In this document: positions 20,677-31,321 of the stretch, piece by piece
Numbering within the stretch: the stretch's first letter is position 1
Layout of the letters: each line of letters opens with the position of its first letter
NCBI GenBank assembly: GCA_963724765.1
Contig: CAVRVY010000002.1
Span: 448,001 to 512,000, forward strand
Length of the DNA: 64,000 bases
Direction of reading: 5' to 3'
From: an uncultured delta proteobacterium
GTDB taxonomy: Bacteria; Desulfobacterota; Binatia; Binatales; Binataceae
The notes under the pieces: model-generated
Database searches by the model: none
Told to the model about the DNA's origin: nothing
What the model saw: only the letters and a program-made list of their open reading frames with translations
Made by a program: the position numbers and the translations under genes

Positions 20677-20693
20677 AGCAAATACGTTGCCAG
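20677..20693 (-). promoter_or_regulatory. Sigma-54 (-24/-12) promoter
   Basis: Minus strand CTGGCAACGTATTTGCT (GG-N10-GC), about 105 bp upstream of the 20570 start. Confidence 0.65.
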
Positions 20694-21170
20694 AAAGCAT
20701 AAGGCTTTTATCCTCGCCAATATGGAGCCGACCAAAAAATCTGTGGGAGTTTCGCCTGTCGCGCATTGGTTCCAGTTAGGGAGAAAGCGCCACAATCCGT
20801 CTCGAGAACAAGGAATCAATGCGGTCAAAATGAACTATTTGATATACGGCAGGGTTCTTGCTGTGCGTCCACGAGATGAGAGTCAATGTCTGTACGACGT
20901 CAAACGGATTCGTCAGGGGCTCCGTGTGTCGATGTTCTGCAGTGAGTCATAGGTGCAAAACATTACGCGACAACTACGAGAGAACCAGTGCTTCGTGCAA
21001 AGCCTCATCTTGTCCGGCAGTTGCGCTGGCCGCATACCGCGGAGTAGCAACTCCAACGCATGTGCCCGAAGCTGTGATTGGAAGATCTGATCGAATGAAG
21101 TTGCGGTAGATATTCGGTGCAACTCGGAATTGCGGACGAGCCGCGGTTCGTCGTGCTTTAGGAGGATACT

Positions 21171-21845
21171 ATGTTGAGACCTGGCAAGGATAAAGGACTC
21201 GCGAGCCCCATCCCACTCGGATTAGCGGCGTTGGGAACGACGATCTTCCTCATGGGCGTGGCCATCATCTTTCAACCTCTCTCATCCTGGCCACCATATT
21301 TGATTCAAGCACTGTTGTTTGGTGGGCTGATTGAGTTGCTTGCCGGAATGTGGGCGTTTGCGTATCGCGACGCGCTCGCCGCGACGACATTTTCATTTCT
21401 CGGCGCGTTTTTCGGATGGTGGGGATTAGTCCATATGACTTTCCTTGGTCACGCCGCGGTGGTAGCCACAATGAACAGCATGGCGGCCGTGTTCATTGTG
21501 ACGGGTGTCATAACGCTTTACTTGTGGATCGCTTCATTCTACGAATTCGTGGCCTTCAACCTGGTTCTTCTGTTCCTATGGATCGCATTCGGATTGGTGG
21601 GCATAGCGATGTTCACAGGGATCGAGACGGTGGCGGTGGTCGGCGGGATTGCGGCAATCATCTCGGGCATTATTGCGGCCTACGCCTCCTTCGCCGCAAT
21701 CTACAACGCCACCAGTTTTCAGGACCACATGCCGCTGGGTGAATCGATCGCGGTCCGCAATCGGGCCGAACAAGACGAGATGGAGCGAATTCGGCGCATT
21801 CATCCTATGAATCACGTCGACAACAGAGCAGGCATGCATGCCTGA
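21171..21845 (+). CDS. GPR1/FUN34/YaaH (SatP) acetate transporter family
   Basis: LASPIPLGLAALG, GGLIELLAG, ATTFSFLGAFFG; six TM helices. Confidence 0.8.
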   Translation: MLRPGKDKGLASPIPLGLAALGTTIFLMGVAIIFQPLSSWPPYLIQALLFGGLIELLAGMWAFAYRDALAATTFSFLGAFFGWWGLVHMTFLGHAAVVATMNSMAAVFIVTGVITLYLWIASFYEFVAFNLVLLFLWIAFGLVGIAMFTGIETVAVVGGIAAIISGIIAAYASFAAIYNATSFQDHMPLGESIAVRNRAEQDEMERIRRIHPMNHVDNRAGMHA

Positions 21846-22328
21846 CCGTGTCGATAAACTTCAATAGTCTTCGGATTCGCCGCTAGCGGAGCGACTGAAA
21901 CACGAAAGTGCCAGTCATCATGAGACGACTTCGCTGACGGCGACCTCCGAAGGCTTAAACGGAGACAGAGTCACAAAATCGAGGCTACCAGCAGGCTCCT
22001 GGCACGAGGCTGGAAAGTGTGGGTGATTGCGCTGGTCGGTGCGGTTGCGGTGATCGTTGGCGTCAATGGCTGATGCAAAGGCGCGGGCGCGACCGTTGAG
22101 CGGTGGCGGCGATCACCGATCCTCGATGGTCGCGATCCGCAACATGGTCGTGAGAGGCAATCTCTCACGGGCGGCTGACGGCTTGGATCACACCGCGATG
22201 CATTTGTTAGGCGGCAAGCGGCTTGGCAGCAGCTAACGCGTTGGGCAGGAAGAAACGCCGGGCGCTTCGGGCAGTGGCATCGAGGACCCCAATGGGGGAC
22301 TGAAACACAGGCGACCAAACGGAAGAGG

Positions 22329-23795
22329 ATGAGCATTATGCGGCACAATTTAAAGCGGCATCGGGAACGCCCCGCGCGGCCATGGTGCATGGCATTCGCA
22401 GTCCTTGTGACGGCGGCCAGTCTGTGTTTCGCCGTCGGCACCGCAAGGGCGCAGGACGTCAAGAGCTATACCCGGGCGACCTTTGACCAGTGGTTGGCCA
22501 GGTACAAGGACGCCAAACCTGACTTCAAGGTCGGCGATGTTCTGACGGCCAAGGATATGGACAAGATTCGGCCATTCGTCTTTCCTGGCTATGCCTATTT
22601 TTTCAACTTCCCCCAGTTCAAGATGAAGATCGCCGCGCCTGTGGATCACACTCCGCGCAAAGACTACATGGCCTGCACGGAAAAGTACCAGAGCCAGGTT
22701 CGTCTGCTACCCGACCATACTATGGCCAACTATGTCTGCGGCCAGCCCTTCCCGAATTCGGAAATAACCACGAGCGATCCCGATGCCGGATGGAAAGCGA
22801 CCTGGGACTTCGAGTATCGCTGGCAGAATTTCGGCTTGTTAACAATTGCCCCTGCGACTTGGGATCGTTTCGGCGGCACCCATGAGATTCCGGCGTGGGA
22901 GGTTCCTCCCAGCGATTGGCTGTCGAACTCAGGTATCACGAATCTCAATTACACTTTGCCGTCGGCTGAACAGATGAAGATGATCTATGGCGGCGGCGGA
23001 ACCTTTCAGCGCACGCTGAGCGCGTTCTACAAGCGCCTGTATTACAAGCATCTCGCGATGCTGGAGAATCACACCTTGCCGGCACCCGGCGCGTCGCAGT
23101 TCGAGTTCAAAGAATTTACCGGCTTCTACTCGCCGTTCGACATCCGTGGCACTGCGTTCATCATCTATCGCTATGCCGACCCGCATCGCGAAGACGACGC
23201 CTAGGCCTACATCCCCAACCTGCGGCGCGTGCGGCGCATCTCGGCCGAGGTCAAGTCGGACTCGCTGCTAGGCACCGACCATACGCTGGAGGACTTCTAC
23301 AGCTTCTCCGGCCGTGAGCTCGAGTGGCACTGGCGCTTCCTCGGATGGAAGGATCAGCTCGCCGTTATGGATTCTTCGCACGAGTACACCTGGCTATACG
23401 GACCCAACGGAATCATGCCGAACGACACGTGGACGATGCGCCGCTTCGCGGTCATAGAACGCACGCCAACGTTCCCGCGGCATCCTTACAAGAGCGTCGT
23501 CGAGGACTGGGATTCGCAGAATTACGATGCATGGCTGATGGAAGCCTTCGACCACAGGAACAGGCTCTGGAAGGTTTGGGAATTCCAGAAGAAGTGGAGC
23601 GAGACCTTTAAGGGTGACTGGCAAGAGGCCATCAACAAGGGCGCCTACTCGACCGAGTTCCGGTCGGTGCAGGTGCTCGACGTGCAGAACGATCGCGGCA
23701 CCATCTGGATCGTTCCGGGTGGATTCCCCAACGTGAAGGGCGCCGAGTCCGAGAGGCTATTCGACATCAATAGCCTCGAACAGGTCCATCGCTAG
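22329..23795 (+). pseudogene. DUF1329 family exported protein interrupted by an in-frame TAG at 23202-23204
   Basis: Two ORFs in the same frame. The junction reads DDA*AYIPNLRRVRRISAE, where Trp is expected. N-terminal signal peptide. Confidence 0.8.
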
Positions 23796-23890
23796 ACGAT
23801 GTTTTTTTTGAATAGTTTGAGGCTCTGGGTCGTCGGATCCTCTGTCGGAGATGCGCTGTGCATAGTCGAGCGGAAAAGGAGATAGGGCTC

Positions 23891-24214
23891 ATGGCTAGGA
23901 TCGGCGATACTACTTTTTTTGGCGTCAGCCGAACGGTATACGAGTTCGGAGTCTTTAATTCGAATAGCATTTTCAAGGACAGGGTTGCTGCCGTGTACGT
24001 TTTTTCCGCGACAAATGACAAGGGCCAGCACAAACCTATCTATGTCGGTGAAACGGACAAATTGGGTATTGACATACCACGCCAGAAGGCATTGCCAGTC
24101 ATACGCGGACGTGCGGCGCACGTTTGCGTTCATCTCGATGATGATGAAATGTCCAGAAGGTCGAAAATGGCGGATCTCATTGCATACTACAAGCCACCGG
24201 GCAATTTGGAATAG
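23891..24214 (+). CDS. Small GIY-YIG-like protein, apparently degenerate
   Basis: AVYVF...IYVGET...DLIAYYKPPGN pattern. Confidence 0.55.
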   Translation: MARIGDTTFFGVSRTVYEFGVFNSNSIFKDRVAAVYVFSATNDKGQHKPIYVGETDKLGIDIPRQKALPVIRGRAAHVCVHLDDDEMSRRSKMADLIAYYKPPGNLE

Positions 24215-24321
24215 CTTTCGAGATGTATCGGCAGGAGTCATCGCCTCCTGCTTAAATGCTTGCTTTACGCGCTTTCGAAGAACGCGAGAACGATTGCCCA
24301 TTTTCACGGAGGGCTGAAGCC

Positions 24322-25704
24322 ATGCATCCTTTGAAGTATTCCAACGGATGGACGCGACGCCACTTCCTGGAACAGGCCGCACGAGGCGTTGTGACCGCAG
24401 GGGTGATTGCTCCTCTATGGGAGGTCATCGGAAATACAGGCTCGCTTGAGGCTGCTTATCCGCCCGAGTTGCTCTCCCTCGAGGCCTATACCAAGGGCAA
24501 GCTCAAAGCGGGAGACGTGCTCAATGCCGAGAATGTTGATATCGTCAAAGATCTCCTCGACCCTGCGGCATACTGGCAAATCAAACATGACGGACGCTTG
24601 GTGGACCTCGCGCCGACCGAGACCGATCTCACCAAGCTCACGCCGGTGCCTTACCTGCAGGCGACTCTGCGCAACCGTGGCAAGCATAAAATCTTCCCCG
24701 ACGGCAATTGCTATACCCTCGACCACAAGGATTGGATCGGCGGCAATCCCTTCCCGGAGCCCAAGACCGCCGAGGAAGTTCTGATGGGCAATACCTTGAG
24801 TTGGGGCAAGCATGATACCCAGGCTCATCCCGTGCTCGACTGGGACACCGACGCCGACGGCAACGTCGAGTATCGGTACGCTTCCTACTACGTTGAGTGG
24901 CAGACTGTCGGGCGTCTGACACTCGACCCGCATCCGTATATGCCGGGCCGCGAGAGCCAGCTTCGCATTCTCGGCGGCAGCGTGCTCGCCCCCGAAGACG
25001 TCAACGGCACCGGCATCCTGCAGGTCTGGGCGTATGACCAGCACAAGCTCCCGGGCTATTACGTCTACCAGCCGACCACCAAGCGCGTACGCAGCTACCC
25101 TGTTGACCAGCGCTTCGAACCGCAGTTTCCGGGTAACACCTTCTTCGTTACCGAGTACTGGATGGCGGGTGACCCGCTACTGACCTGGGGCAACTTCAAA
25201 CTCGTCGGCAAAGGCCCGGTGCTCACCTGCGCGCATCACTGCGCCGATCTCGACAACCCCAACTGGATCCACAAGACCTGTGGCGGCAAGAGCGGCGTTA
25301 AGTACTGGCGCACGCGGATGGAACTGGTGCCTGAGGCTTATGTGGTCGAGATGCAGCCGGTGACGTATCCTCGCGCGCCGATTAGCAAGAAGAGAATCTG
25401 GTACCATGGCTCGACGCTGTGTCCGCTCACGATGATCAGCTACGACCGTCAGGGCAAGATGTGGAAGCAGTGGGAAGGCGGCTTCGATTACTACGAGCGC
25501 AAGCCCGGAATGAAGTGGATCGAGGGTGTGCCTGACCACTTCTGGAGCTGGACGCACGTGCATGCACACGATCTCCAGAGCAACCGTATGTCGCGCTTCT
25601 ACTATGCGCAGCAAGTCCCCGGCGGCTACCACGCCGATATCGACAACCCCAGGCTGTTCGGTGACTTCTGCTCGATGGAGGCTCTGGAGCGCCTGGGCCG
25701 GTAA
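24322..25704 (+). CDS. DUF1329 family protein with a Tat-like signal
   Basis: TRRHFLE motif, GNPFPEPKTAEE, YQPTTKRVR, YDRQGKMWK. Confidence 0.8.
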   Translation: MHPLKYSNGWTRRHFLEQAARGVVTAGVIAPLWEVIGNTGSLEAAYPPELLSLEAYTKGKLKAGDVLNAENVDIVKDLLDPAAYWQIKHDGRLVDLAPTETDLTKLTPVPYLQATLRNRGKHKIFPDGNCYTLDHKDWIGGNPFPEPKTAEEVLMGNTLSWGKHDTQAHPVLDWDTDADGNVEYRYASYYVEWQTVGRLTLDPHPYMPGRESQLRILGGSVLAPEDVNGTGILQVWAYDQHKLPGYYVYQPTTKRVRSYPVDQRFEPQFPGNTFFVTEYWMAGDPLLTWGNFKLVGKGPVLTCAHHCADLDNPNWIHKTCGGKSGVKYWRTRMELVPEAYVVEMQPVTYPRAPISKKRIWYHGSTLCPLTMISYDRQGKMWKQWEGGFDYYERKPGMKWIEGVPDHFWSWTHVHAHDLQSNRMSRFYYAQQVPGGYHADIDNPRLFGDFCSMEALERLGR

Positions 25705-25959
25705 GGTCCCGGCAGTGCGACTGCAACACGGTTTGTCAAAATCCAGGCTGTCGCTGGATCTTTGACTTAACTATCAGGCGCTCAACGCGTGGCTCATCGT
25801 CGGCCTGAGTAGCGCTCTGGCTGACCACGCCCATCTGACTGTGACAGAAGCGCAGGGGCGGGGCACGAATTCCACTTTGGTTCCTCGGGGTCTTGGTGGA
25901 ATTAAGGGGGTCTGCTGTTGGCACGTGTTCTCCGGAGAACAATGTGATAAGCTCTCTTT

Positions 25960-26845
25960 GTGGAACTGCGTCATTTGCGGGACTTCGTGGCTGTCGCCGA
26001 AGAATTGAGCTTCACTCGTGCGGCGCAAAAGCTTCATTTGGCGCAACCCTCCCTGACTGTTCAAATCAAACTTCTAGAAGAGGAGCTTGGGGTACGGCTG
26101 CTCCTCCGTGGCAAGGGCCGCGTGTCGTTGACCGACGAGGGGCGGTCGTTTTTGGCAGATGCCCAGCGGGTGCTCGCTCTGAGCGCGGAGAGCGTGGAGG
26201 CAGTACGGCATCTCAATCCACGGACGGCAGAGCAACTAAAAATCGGCTACGTGGCCGGTCTGCATAATCATTTGCTGCCCGCAACCCTGGCGGCGTTTGG
26301 AAAGGAGTATCCGCAAATCTCGGTCAGCCTTTTCGACATGACTAGCGCGGAGCAACTCGAAGCGATTGAAGCAGGTAAAATCGATCTCGGGTTTGTTGGT
26401 CTTACGGGGATCCTTGGCGGGGCGAGCGTTGAAGGGAGAATGCGTAGCCCGTTACGAGATACTGGTGGCTTTGTCTAAAGGAAGTGCGCTGACGAAAAAA
26501 GCGAAAATAGATCTCAAGGAACTGGAGAAGCACTTTTTTGTCACTCTATCTGAAAGGGCACATCCAGGCTGGACAGCATGGATGCAGCGCATCTTTTCGC
26601 CAGTAGGTTTCATGCCCAGAACCTTGCAAGAGGCCGAGAATCTGCCCGCGGTCCTCCATTTCGTCGCGACAGGCCTGGGAGTCGCGTTGCTACCCGAACA
26701 AATCAAGTCTATTCGCCATCCGGGAGTGCTTCTCCGCCCGCTGAAACAACCCGTCAAGGTGGAATCCTGGGTTGCTTGGAAACCCGATAACCGTTCCAAA
26801 CCGTTGGAGCAATATATCAGGATTGTGAAAGAGGCGCACAGTTGA
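25960..26845 (+). CDS. LysR-family regulator (CatR/AlsR-like), +1 frameshift near 26404
   Basis: ELRHLRDFVAVAEELSFTRAAQKLHLAQPSL. The substrate-binding domain continues in the 26366 frame (FVATGLGVALLP). Confidence 0.88.
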
Positions 26846-26994
26846 ATCGGGTGACGTTAGTGGGCTGAAGCCCGGCTGCGCGGGGCGGGGCGAACCGAAT
26901 GCCCTTTGCCCCGCGTTCTTTCTGAGCAGTTCCTCTAAGACGACATGTCTCGCTGAGAACCTCGGATTGCCGGGTGACGACTACGGCAAAGTCC

Positions 26995-27036
26995 ATAGGC
27001 TTTGCCTATAGGCTCCATAGAAACAAAGTATTGGCG
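26995..27036 (+). promoter_or_regulatory. LysR-type tetramer box, copy 1 (upstream of osmC-like gene)
   Basis: ATAG-N7-CTAT-N7-ATAG-N7-GTAT followed by TGGCG; repeated at 35229. Confidence 0.75.
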
Positions 27037-27115
27037 ACGGACCAGCCCGCGGGCGTAACGTTCAACAGTAATGCGGCGGCGGCGAAATGCGGTGACCGTC
27101 GCGCACGGGCTTCTG

Positions 27116-27562
27116 ATGGAACATCAAGCTTTTGCAGTTTGGAAGGGAAGCGGAAACCACGGCAGTGGCAGGCTTACCACACGGAACGGAGCTCTGCGCG
27201 AAATTCGTTACGCGGGACGGATCGGGCGTGGAAGAATCAATAAAGCTGTCAACAATCATAACAATACCTGTACCGAAGAATTAATCGCCGCCGCTCACGC
27301 CGTCTCCTTCTCGATGGCTTTGTCCGATGCGATGGATCGCATCGGATTTCCGGCGGAGCGCATAACTACAACCGCCACGGTTACTTCGGCAAATCTTGGT
27401 AAACGTTGGAGCGTCACAAGTATCTTGCTCGACGTGATAGCGAGAATACCGGGCGCGAAGAAGATCGATTTCATCGACGCCGCGGTCGGCGCCAAAACAG
27501 ACTGCATCATATCTCGGCTGATGAGCACGAACATATCGCTGAAAGCTCGGCTGGAATCGTGA
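27116..27562 (+). CDS. OsmC-family protein
   Basis: AVWKGS..GSGRLTT, EELIAAAHAVSFSMAL, AKTDCIISR. Confidence 0.85.
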   Translation: MEHQAFAVWKGSGNHGSGRLTTRNGALREIRYAGRIGRGRINKAVNNHNNTCTEELIAAAHAVSFSMALSDAMDRIGFPAERITTTATVTSANLGKRWSVTSILLDVIARIPGAKKIDFIDAAVGAKTDCIISRLMSTNISLKARLES

Positions 27563-27722
27563 GCGAGAAACCTCAGCGTGCGGGACAGGTGTAGTTCGCG
27601 GGTGTTCAGCGCTCGCTTTATCGGTAGACGTTTGAAGCCTTGAGACGGCCCCTCAACTGCAGTGTACGCCGCGGTGCTTCGTTTAGGGATGCTTCCGGAA
27701 GCGCGCTAAATAGGAGACTTCA

Positions 27723-28667
27723 ATGATGAAAGGAGGAGACGAACAAAAGCGAGAGCTGGGGGCGGTTATCCTCGCTGGAGGGGAAGGCTCAAGACTGCGT
27801 CCGCTGGTCCGACGGATTACCGGGCAGGATATTCCTAAGCAGTTTTGCCCTCTCCTTGGAAGCACTACTCTCCTGGACCAGACTCGCCCTCGCGTGTCGC
27901 TCGCCATCCCCCCGCGAGCAACCGTGACGGTGGTCACCCGGAGCCACGAGCGCTTCTATGAGCCTCTCCTGGCTGACGCGCCGGCTGAAAGCGTGCTCGT
28001 TCAGCCAGCAAACCGAGGAACCGCCCCCGCCATACTGTATGCGCTCCTGAAGTTAGCCGGCAGCAATCCGGCGGCTACCGTTGCGGTCTTTCCGTCGGAC
28101 CACTATGTGAGCGACGACGCCGCATTCATGCGCCACGTCGAGTTGGCGATCAAGGCGGTTGAGCTTTGCCCGAAGAAGACGGTGTTGTTGGGCGCGTGGC
28201 CGGCCACTCCGGAAGTGAGTTATGGATGGATTGAGGGAGACGAACGCCTGAGGGCTCTGCCGCGGTCGCTTCCGATTTTTCAGGTCCGACGATTTTGGGA
28301 AAAGCCGTCGTTTGACCAGGCGTGCCGGCTGTTCAAGTTTGACCGCATGTGGTGGAATACCTTTGTGATGGTGGCCCGACTGCCAACGCTGCTGAACTTA
28401 ATCATGAGAGTACTGCCCAAGCTCTACTGGAGCTTCATAGAGACTACCTCGAAGCTGAGCAGGCCGCTCGAACACGAAATGGTGAATCGGGTCTATGAGA
28501 ACCTGTCGTCGATCAACTTCTCCGACCAGGTGCTCGCGAGTTATCCGACGAACCTGGCGGTTCTTCCGTTAAGTGGGCTGGAATGGAGCGATCTGGGTGA
28601 GCCGAGCCGCGTTATGGCACTGCTGGAGCACCAGAGCATTCGTCCGAGATGGGCAGTCGGAGAATGA
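27723..28667 (+). CDS. Mannose-1-phosphate guanylyltransferase-like nucleotidyltransferase
   Basis: ILAGGEGSRLRPL, IPKQF, QPANRGTAPA, FPSDH, FWEKP, WSDLG. Confidence 0.88.
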   Translation: MMKGGDEQKRELGAVILAGGEGSRLRPLVRRITGQDIPKQFCPLLGSTTLLDQTRPRVSLAIPPRATVTVVTRSHERFYEPLLADAPAESVLVQPANRGTAPAILYALLKLAGSNPAATVAVFPSDHYVSDDAAFMRHVELAIKAVELCPKKTVLLGAWPATPEVSYGWIEGDERLRALPRSLPIFQVRRFWEKPSFDQACRLFKFDRMWWNTFVMVARLPTLLNLIMRVLPKLYWSFIETTSKLSRPLEHEMVNRVYENLSSINFSDQVLASYPTNLAVLPLSGLEWSDLGEPSRVMALLEHQSIRPRWAVGE

Positions 28668-29054
28668 TTCTGTACCAGGATTAGAGGAATAGCATAATGG
28701 CCGCCAATCAATATTCCCAGCGCGCTGACGCCCGTGGGACGACGTAATTGCCCAGCGACCGGATCGCTTGGAGCAAATAAACCAGGAAATCACCGACTTC
28801 GGTTGCCGGGTGATCGCTCAATATGCAGTGCTCAGGACTTACGACTTGTCACCATCGTCGAAGCCGCCGACGACAAGACGCTCGCACCCGTCAGTCGAGC
28901 TGGGTCACGCGGCACGGTCAATGTTATGAAGCTCGCTGCGATTCCGACTTTGCAACTGCGGGCAAAATTGAAAGGGCCGAAACAGATGCAGCGCCCCGCG
29001 TGAGCGTGATTGGGTTGAGCGCCGCTGCCACCGTGAAAGCACTATGGAGACCTT

Positions 29055-29492
29055 ATGATCAGCGAAACGGTTCTGGGAACGCTTCAGGAGAGGATGCGGA
29101 GGTTGTTGGATATCAGTTCGGCGTATGCGGCGCGTGACGCCGAACTTAGAGCCGCCGTAGAGCGCGCAAGGTTAGCCGATCCGAGCGACACAGCCCGGGA
29201 AGCTGCAGCGGTCAGAGAGAGCGAGAGACTGAGGGAGGAAAAAAAGGAGCTGCAGGATCACATAAATGAGCTCATCCGCAGGGGACAAAATTCCGCCCTG
29301 GTTTCAGACCTGAAGGAGGAATTGAACGAATTGGAAAGCAGGCGAGGTGAAATCGATCAGCAGATCGAGCAATCGAGATCACGCCTCGGAAACGCCATCA
29401 GAGAACTTGAGTTCGCAGAGCAGGAACACAGGCGTGTCGCTGATCAGGCGGTAAGGCTGCGAGAGTATATAGAAAAGCTTTTGCACGGCTGA
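29055..29492 (+). CDS. Coiled-coil hypothetical protein
   Basis: E/R/L-rich heptad pattern, GGAG RBS. Confidence 0.6.
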   Translation: MISETVLGTLQERMRRLLDISSAYAARDAELRAAVERARLADPSDTAREAAAVRESERLREEKKELQDHINELIRRGQNSALVSDLKEELNELESRRGEIDQQIEQSRSRLGNAIRELEFAEQEHRRVADQAVRLREYIEKLLHG

Positions 29493-29542
29493 CCTCGCGA
29501 GCACATCAATTTCCCGCGATGCAGTTACGCTGCGCTGATAAT

Positions 29543-29742
29543 TGTAGCGGTGCCTCCCGAACCCTTTCCGGCATGATGCGCGGGCGGGCGGGCGTATGGT
29601 AGTGAAGCGGCCCATTTTCGCATTTCCGATCCGGCTGCTGCTTGCTACCCGGTCGCGGTTCACGAGGCGAGCGCGGCTTGAGGCCGAGAACCTCATCCTG
29701 GGCCAACAGTTGGTAGTTCTACGGCGAAAGTCTCCAGCTTAG
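29543..29742 (+). mobile_element. IS remnant (left end plus N-terminus of an rve-type transposase)
   Basis: 29614-29742 translates IFAFPIRLLLATRSRFTRRARLEAENLILGQQLVVLRRKSPA*, matching the LEAENxxLRQQLxVLRR start of integrase-core transposases. Confidence 0.6.
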
Positions 29743-30286
29743 TGGGATTTGACTGACACTCCGAACGGAGGCGCCAGCAGAGTGAGATTGCCTCGACCGC
29801 AAACAAGCAGCCACGCGTCATGACAGTGAGACAAAACCTGAGAGTTTTGGGTAGCAGAATAGCCTGCCCGCGATGCCAGCGCCCAGGCGGAGCCTTGCAA
29901 GACGGAAGCGCTTTGGCGATAGGCTGTTCTCGTCGCGGCTGACGTTTCAGTAGAGCGGGCGCAGGCTCCGCGTTGAGATCGGGCTCCATGACGGGTTCGC
30001 GCAACGAGTCGCCATCTGTTTATGTGGTTGGCTTTTGGCAAGATGACGGCGATCATCACGCGGATGTCGCTCCATCGCGTTCTACTGCCGGTTGGCGCCG
30101 CTTGCTTACGGTTCTCTGACTATCTGCGGCTCGCTATCCGGCTGGCAGCCCTGAGTAAAGCGCAGGTCATCTGTGTCTGGGCGATCACCACTGGCTCTGT
30201 TTGGCTTCATGCTGGAGCATGTGACCTGGTGACGAAAAAAACTTGGGCCGTATCAAGTGTGTGGTGATTGTAGAAGGAGCTGAACC

Positions 30287-31321
30287 ATGAGAGTTGGCAT
30301 GATCGGGTTGGGCAGAATGGGCGCCAATATGGTGCAGCGTTTGATCCGCGCCCGCCACGAGTGCGTGGTCTATGACGTGAGCGCCGACGCGGTGAAAAAG
30401 CTGGCGAAAGAGAAAGCGATTGCGGCCTCGTCGCTCGACGACTTCACCGCCAAGCTCAATCAACCGCGGGTGACGTGGATGATGGTGCCCGCCGGCGTGG
30501 TTGAACAGACGGTCAGCGAACTCGCGAAGCGCTTCGAGTCGGGCGACATTATTGTCGACGGCGGAAACTCGCACTATGTAGACGATATTCGCCGTGCCGA
30601 GACAGTTAAGGCCAAAGGAATTCACTACGTGGATTCAGGCACCAGCGGCGGCGTTTGGGGCCTGGAGCGTGGCTTTTGCCAGATGATCGGCGGCGAGCCG
30701 GCGGTGGTGAAGCATCTCGATCCGATTTTCGCCGCGCTCGCGCCGCCCGTGGACTCGGCCTCCCGCACGCCGGGGCGCGAAAAGCTAAAAGGTGGCACAG
30801 CCGAGCATGGCTATCTTCACTGCGGACCGAATGGCGCCGGACATTTCGTCAAGATGGTGCACAACGGGATCGAATACGGAATGATGGCGGCGTATGCGGA
30901 AGGCTTAAACATTTTGCGCCACGCCAATCTGGGCAAGCACAAGAGCGAAGTCGACGCCGAGACTACACCCATTCGCAGCCCTGAATTGTATCAGTACGAT
31001 TTCAATCTGACCGACGTGACCGAGGTGTGGCGCCGCGGCAGCGTGATTGCTTCATGGCTGCTGGATCTCACCGCCGCCGCCCTGCTCGAGGACCCCCAAC
31101 TTAAGAAATTCGGGGGGCGAGTGTCGGACTCGGGAGAAGGACGCTGGACGATTGACGCGGCGATCGACGAGGGAGTGCCGGTTAACGTGCTTAGTGCCGC
31201 GTTGTACGCGCGCTTTGCCTCGCGCGGCGCTGCGGACTTCGCGGACAAGCTGCTGTCGGCGATGCGCTACGAGTTCGGTGGTCACTTGGAGAAGCCGGCC
31301 GCGAAAACAGGAGATCGCTGA
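30287..31321 (+). CDS. gnd: 6-phosphogluconate dehydrogenase (decarboxylating, short type)
   Basis: GLGRMG, DGGNS, GAGHFVKMVHNGIEYG, SDSGEGRW, FGGH. Confidence 0.96.
   Translation: MRVGMIGLGRMGANMVQRLIRARHECVVYDVSADAVKKLAKEKAIAASSLDDFTAKLNQPRVTWMMVPAGVVEQTVSELAKRFESGDIIVDGGNSHYVDDIRRAETVKAKGIHYVDSGTSGGVWGLERGFCQMIGGEPAVVKHLDPIFAALAPPVDSASRTPGREKLKGGTAEHGYLHCGPNGAGHFVKMVHNGIEYGMMAAYAEGLNILRHANLGKHKSEVDAETTPIRSPELYQYDFNLTDVTEVWRRGSVIASWLLDLTAAALLEDPQLKKFGGRVSDSGEGRWTIDAAIDEGVPVNVLSAALYARFASRGAADFADKLLSAMRYEFGGHLEKPAAKTGDR

Noticed and set aside
21920-22072. Possible ~50-aa membrane peptide ending WKVWVIALVGAVAVIVGVNG
   Set aside because: It needs an assumed frameshift to obtain a start codon, and no family is recognisable.
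23202-23204. Genetic-code reassignment of TAG
   Set aside because: TAG terminates several clear genes (e.g. at 1502, 17171, 40537, 52574), and the site corresponds to a conserved Trp one substitution away.
25960-26845. Calling the LysR OxyR because of the OxyR-like boxes
   Set aside because: It lacks the C199/C208-type redox motif and looks CatR/AlsR-like.
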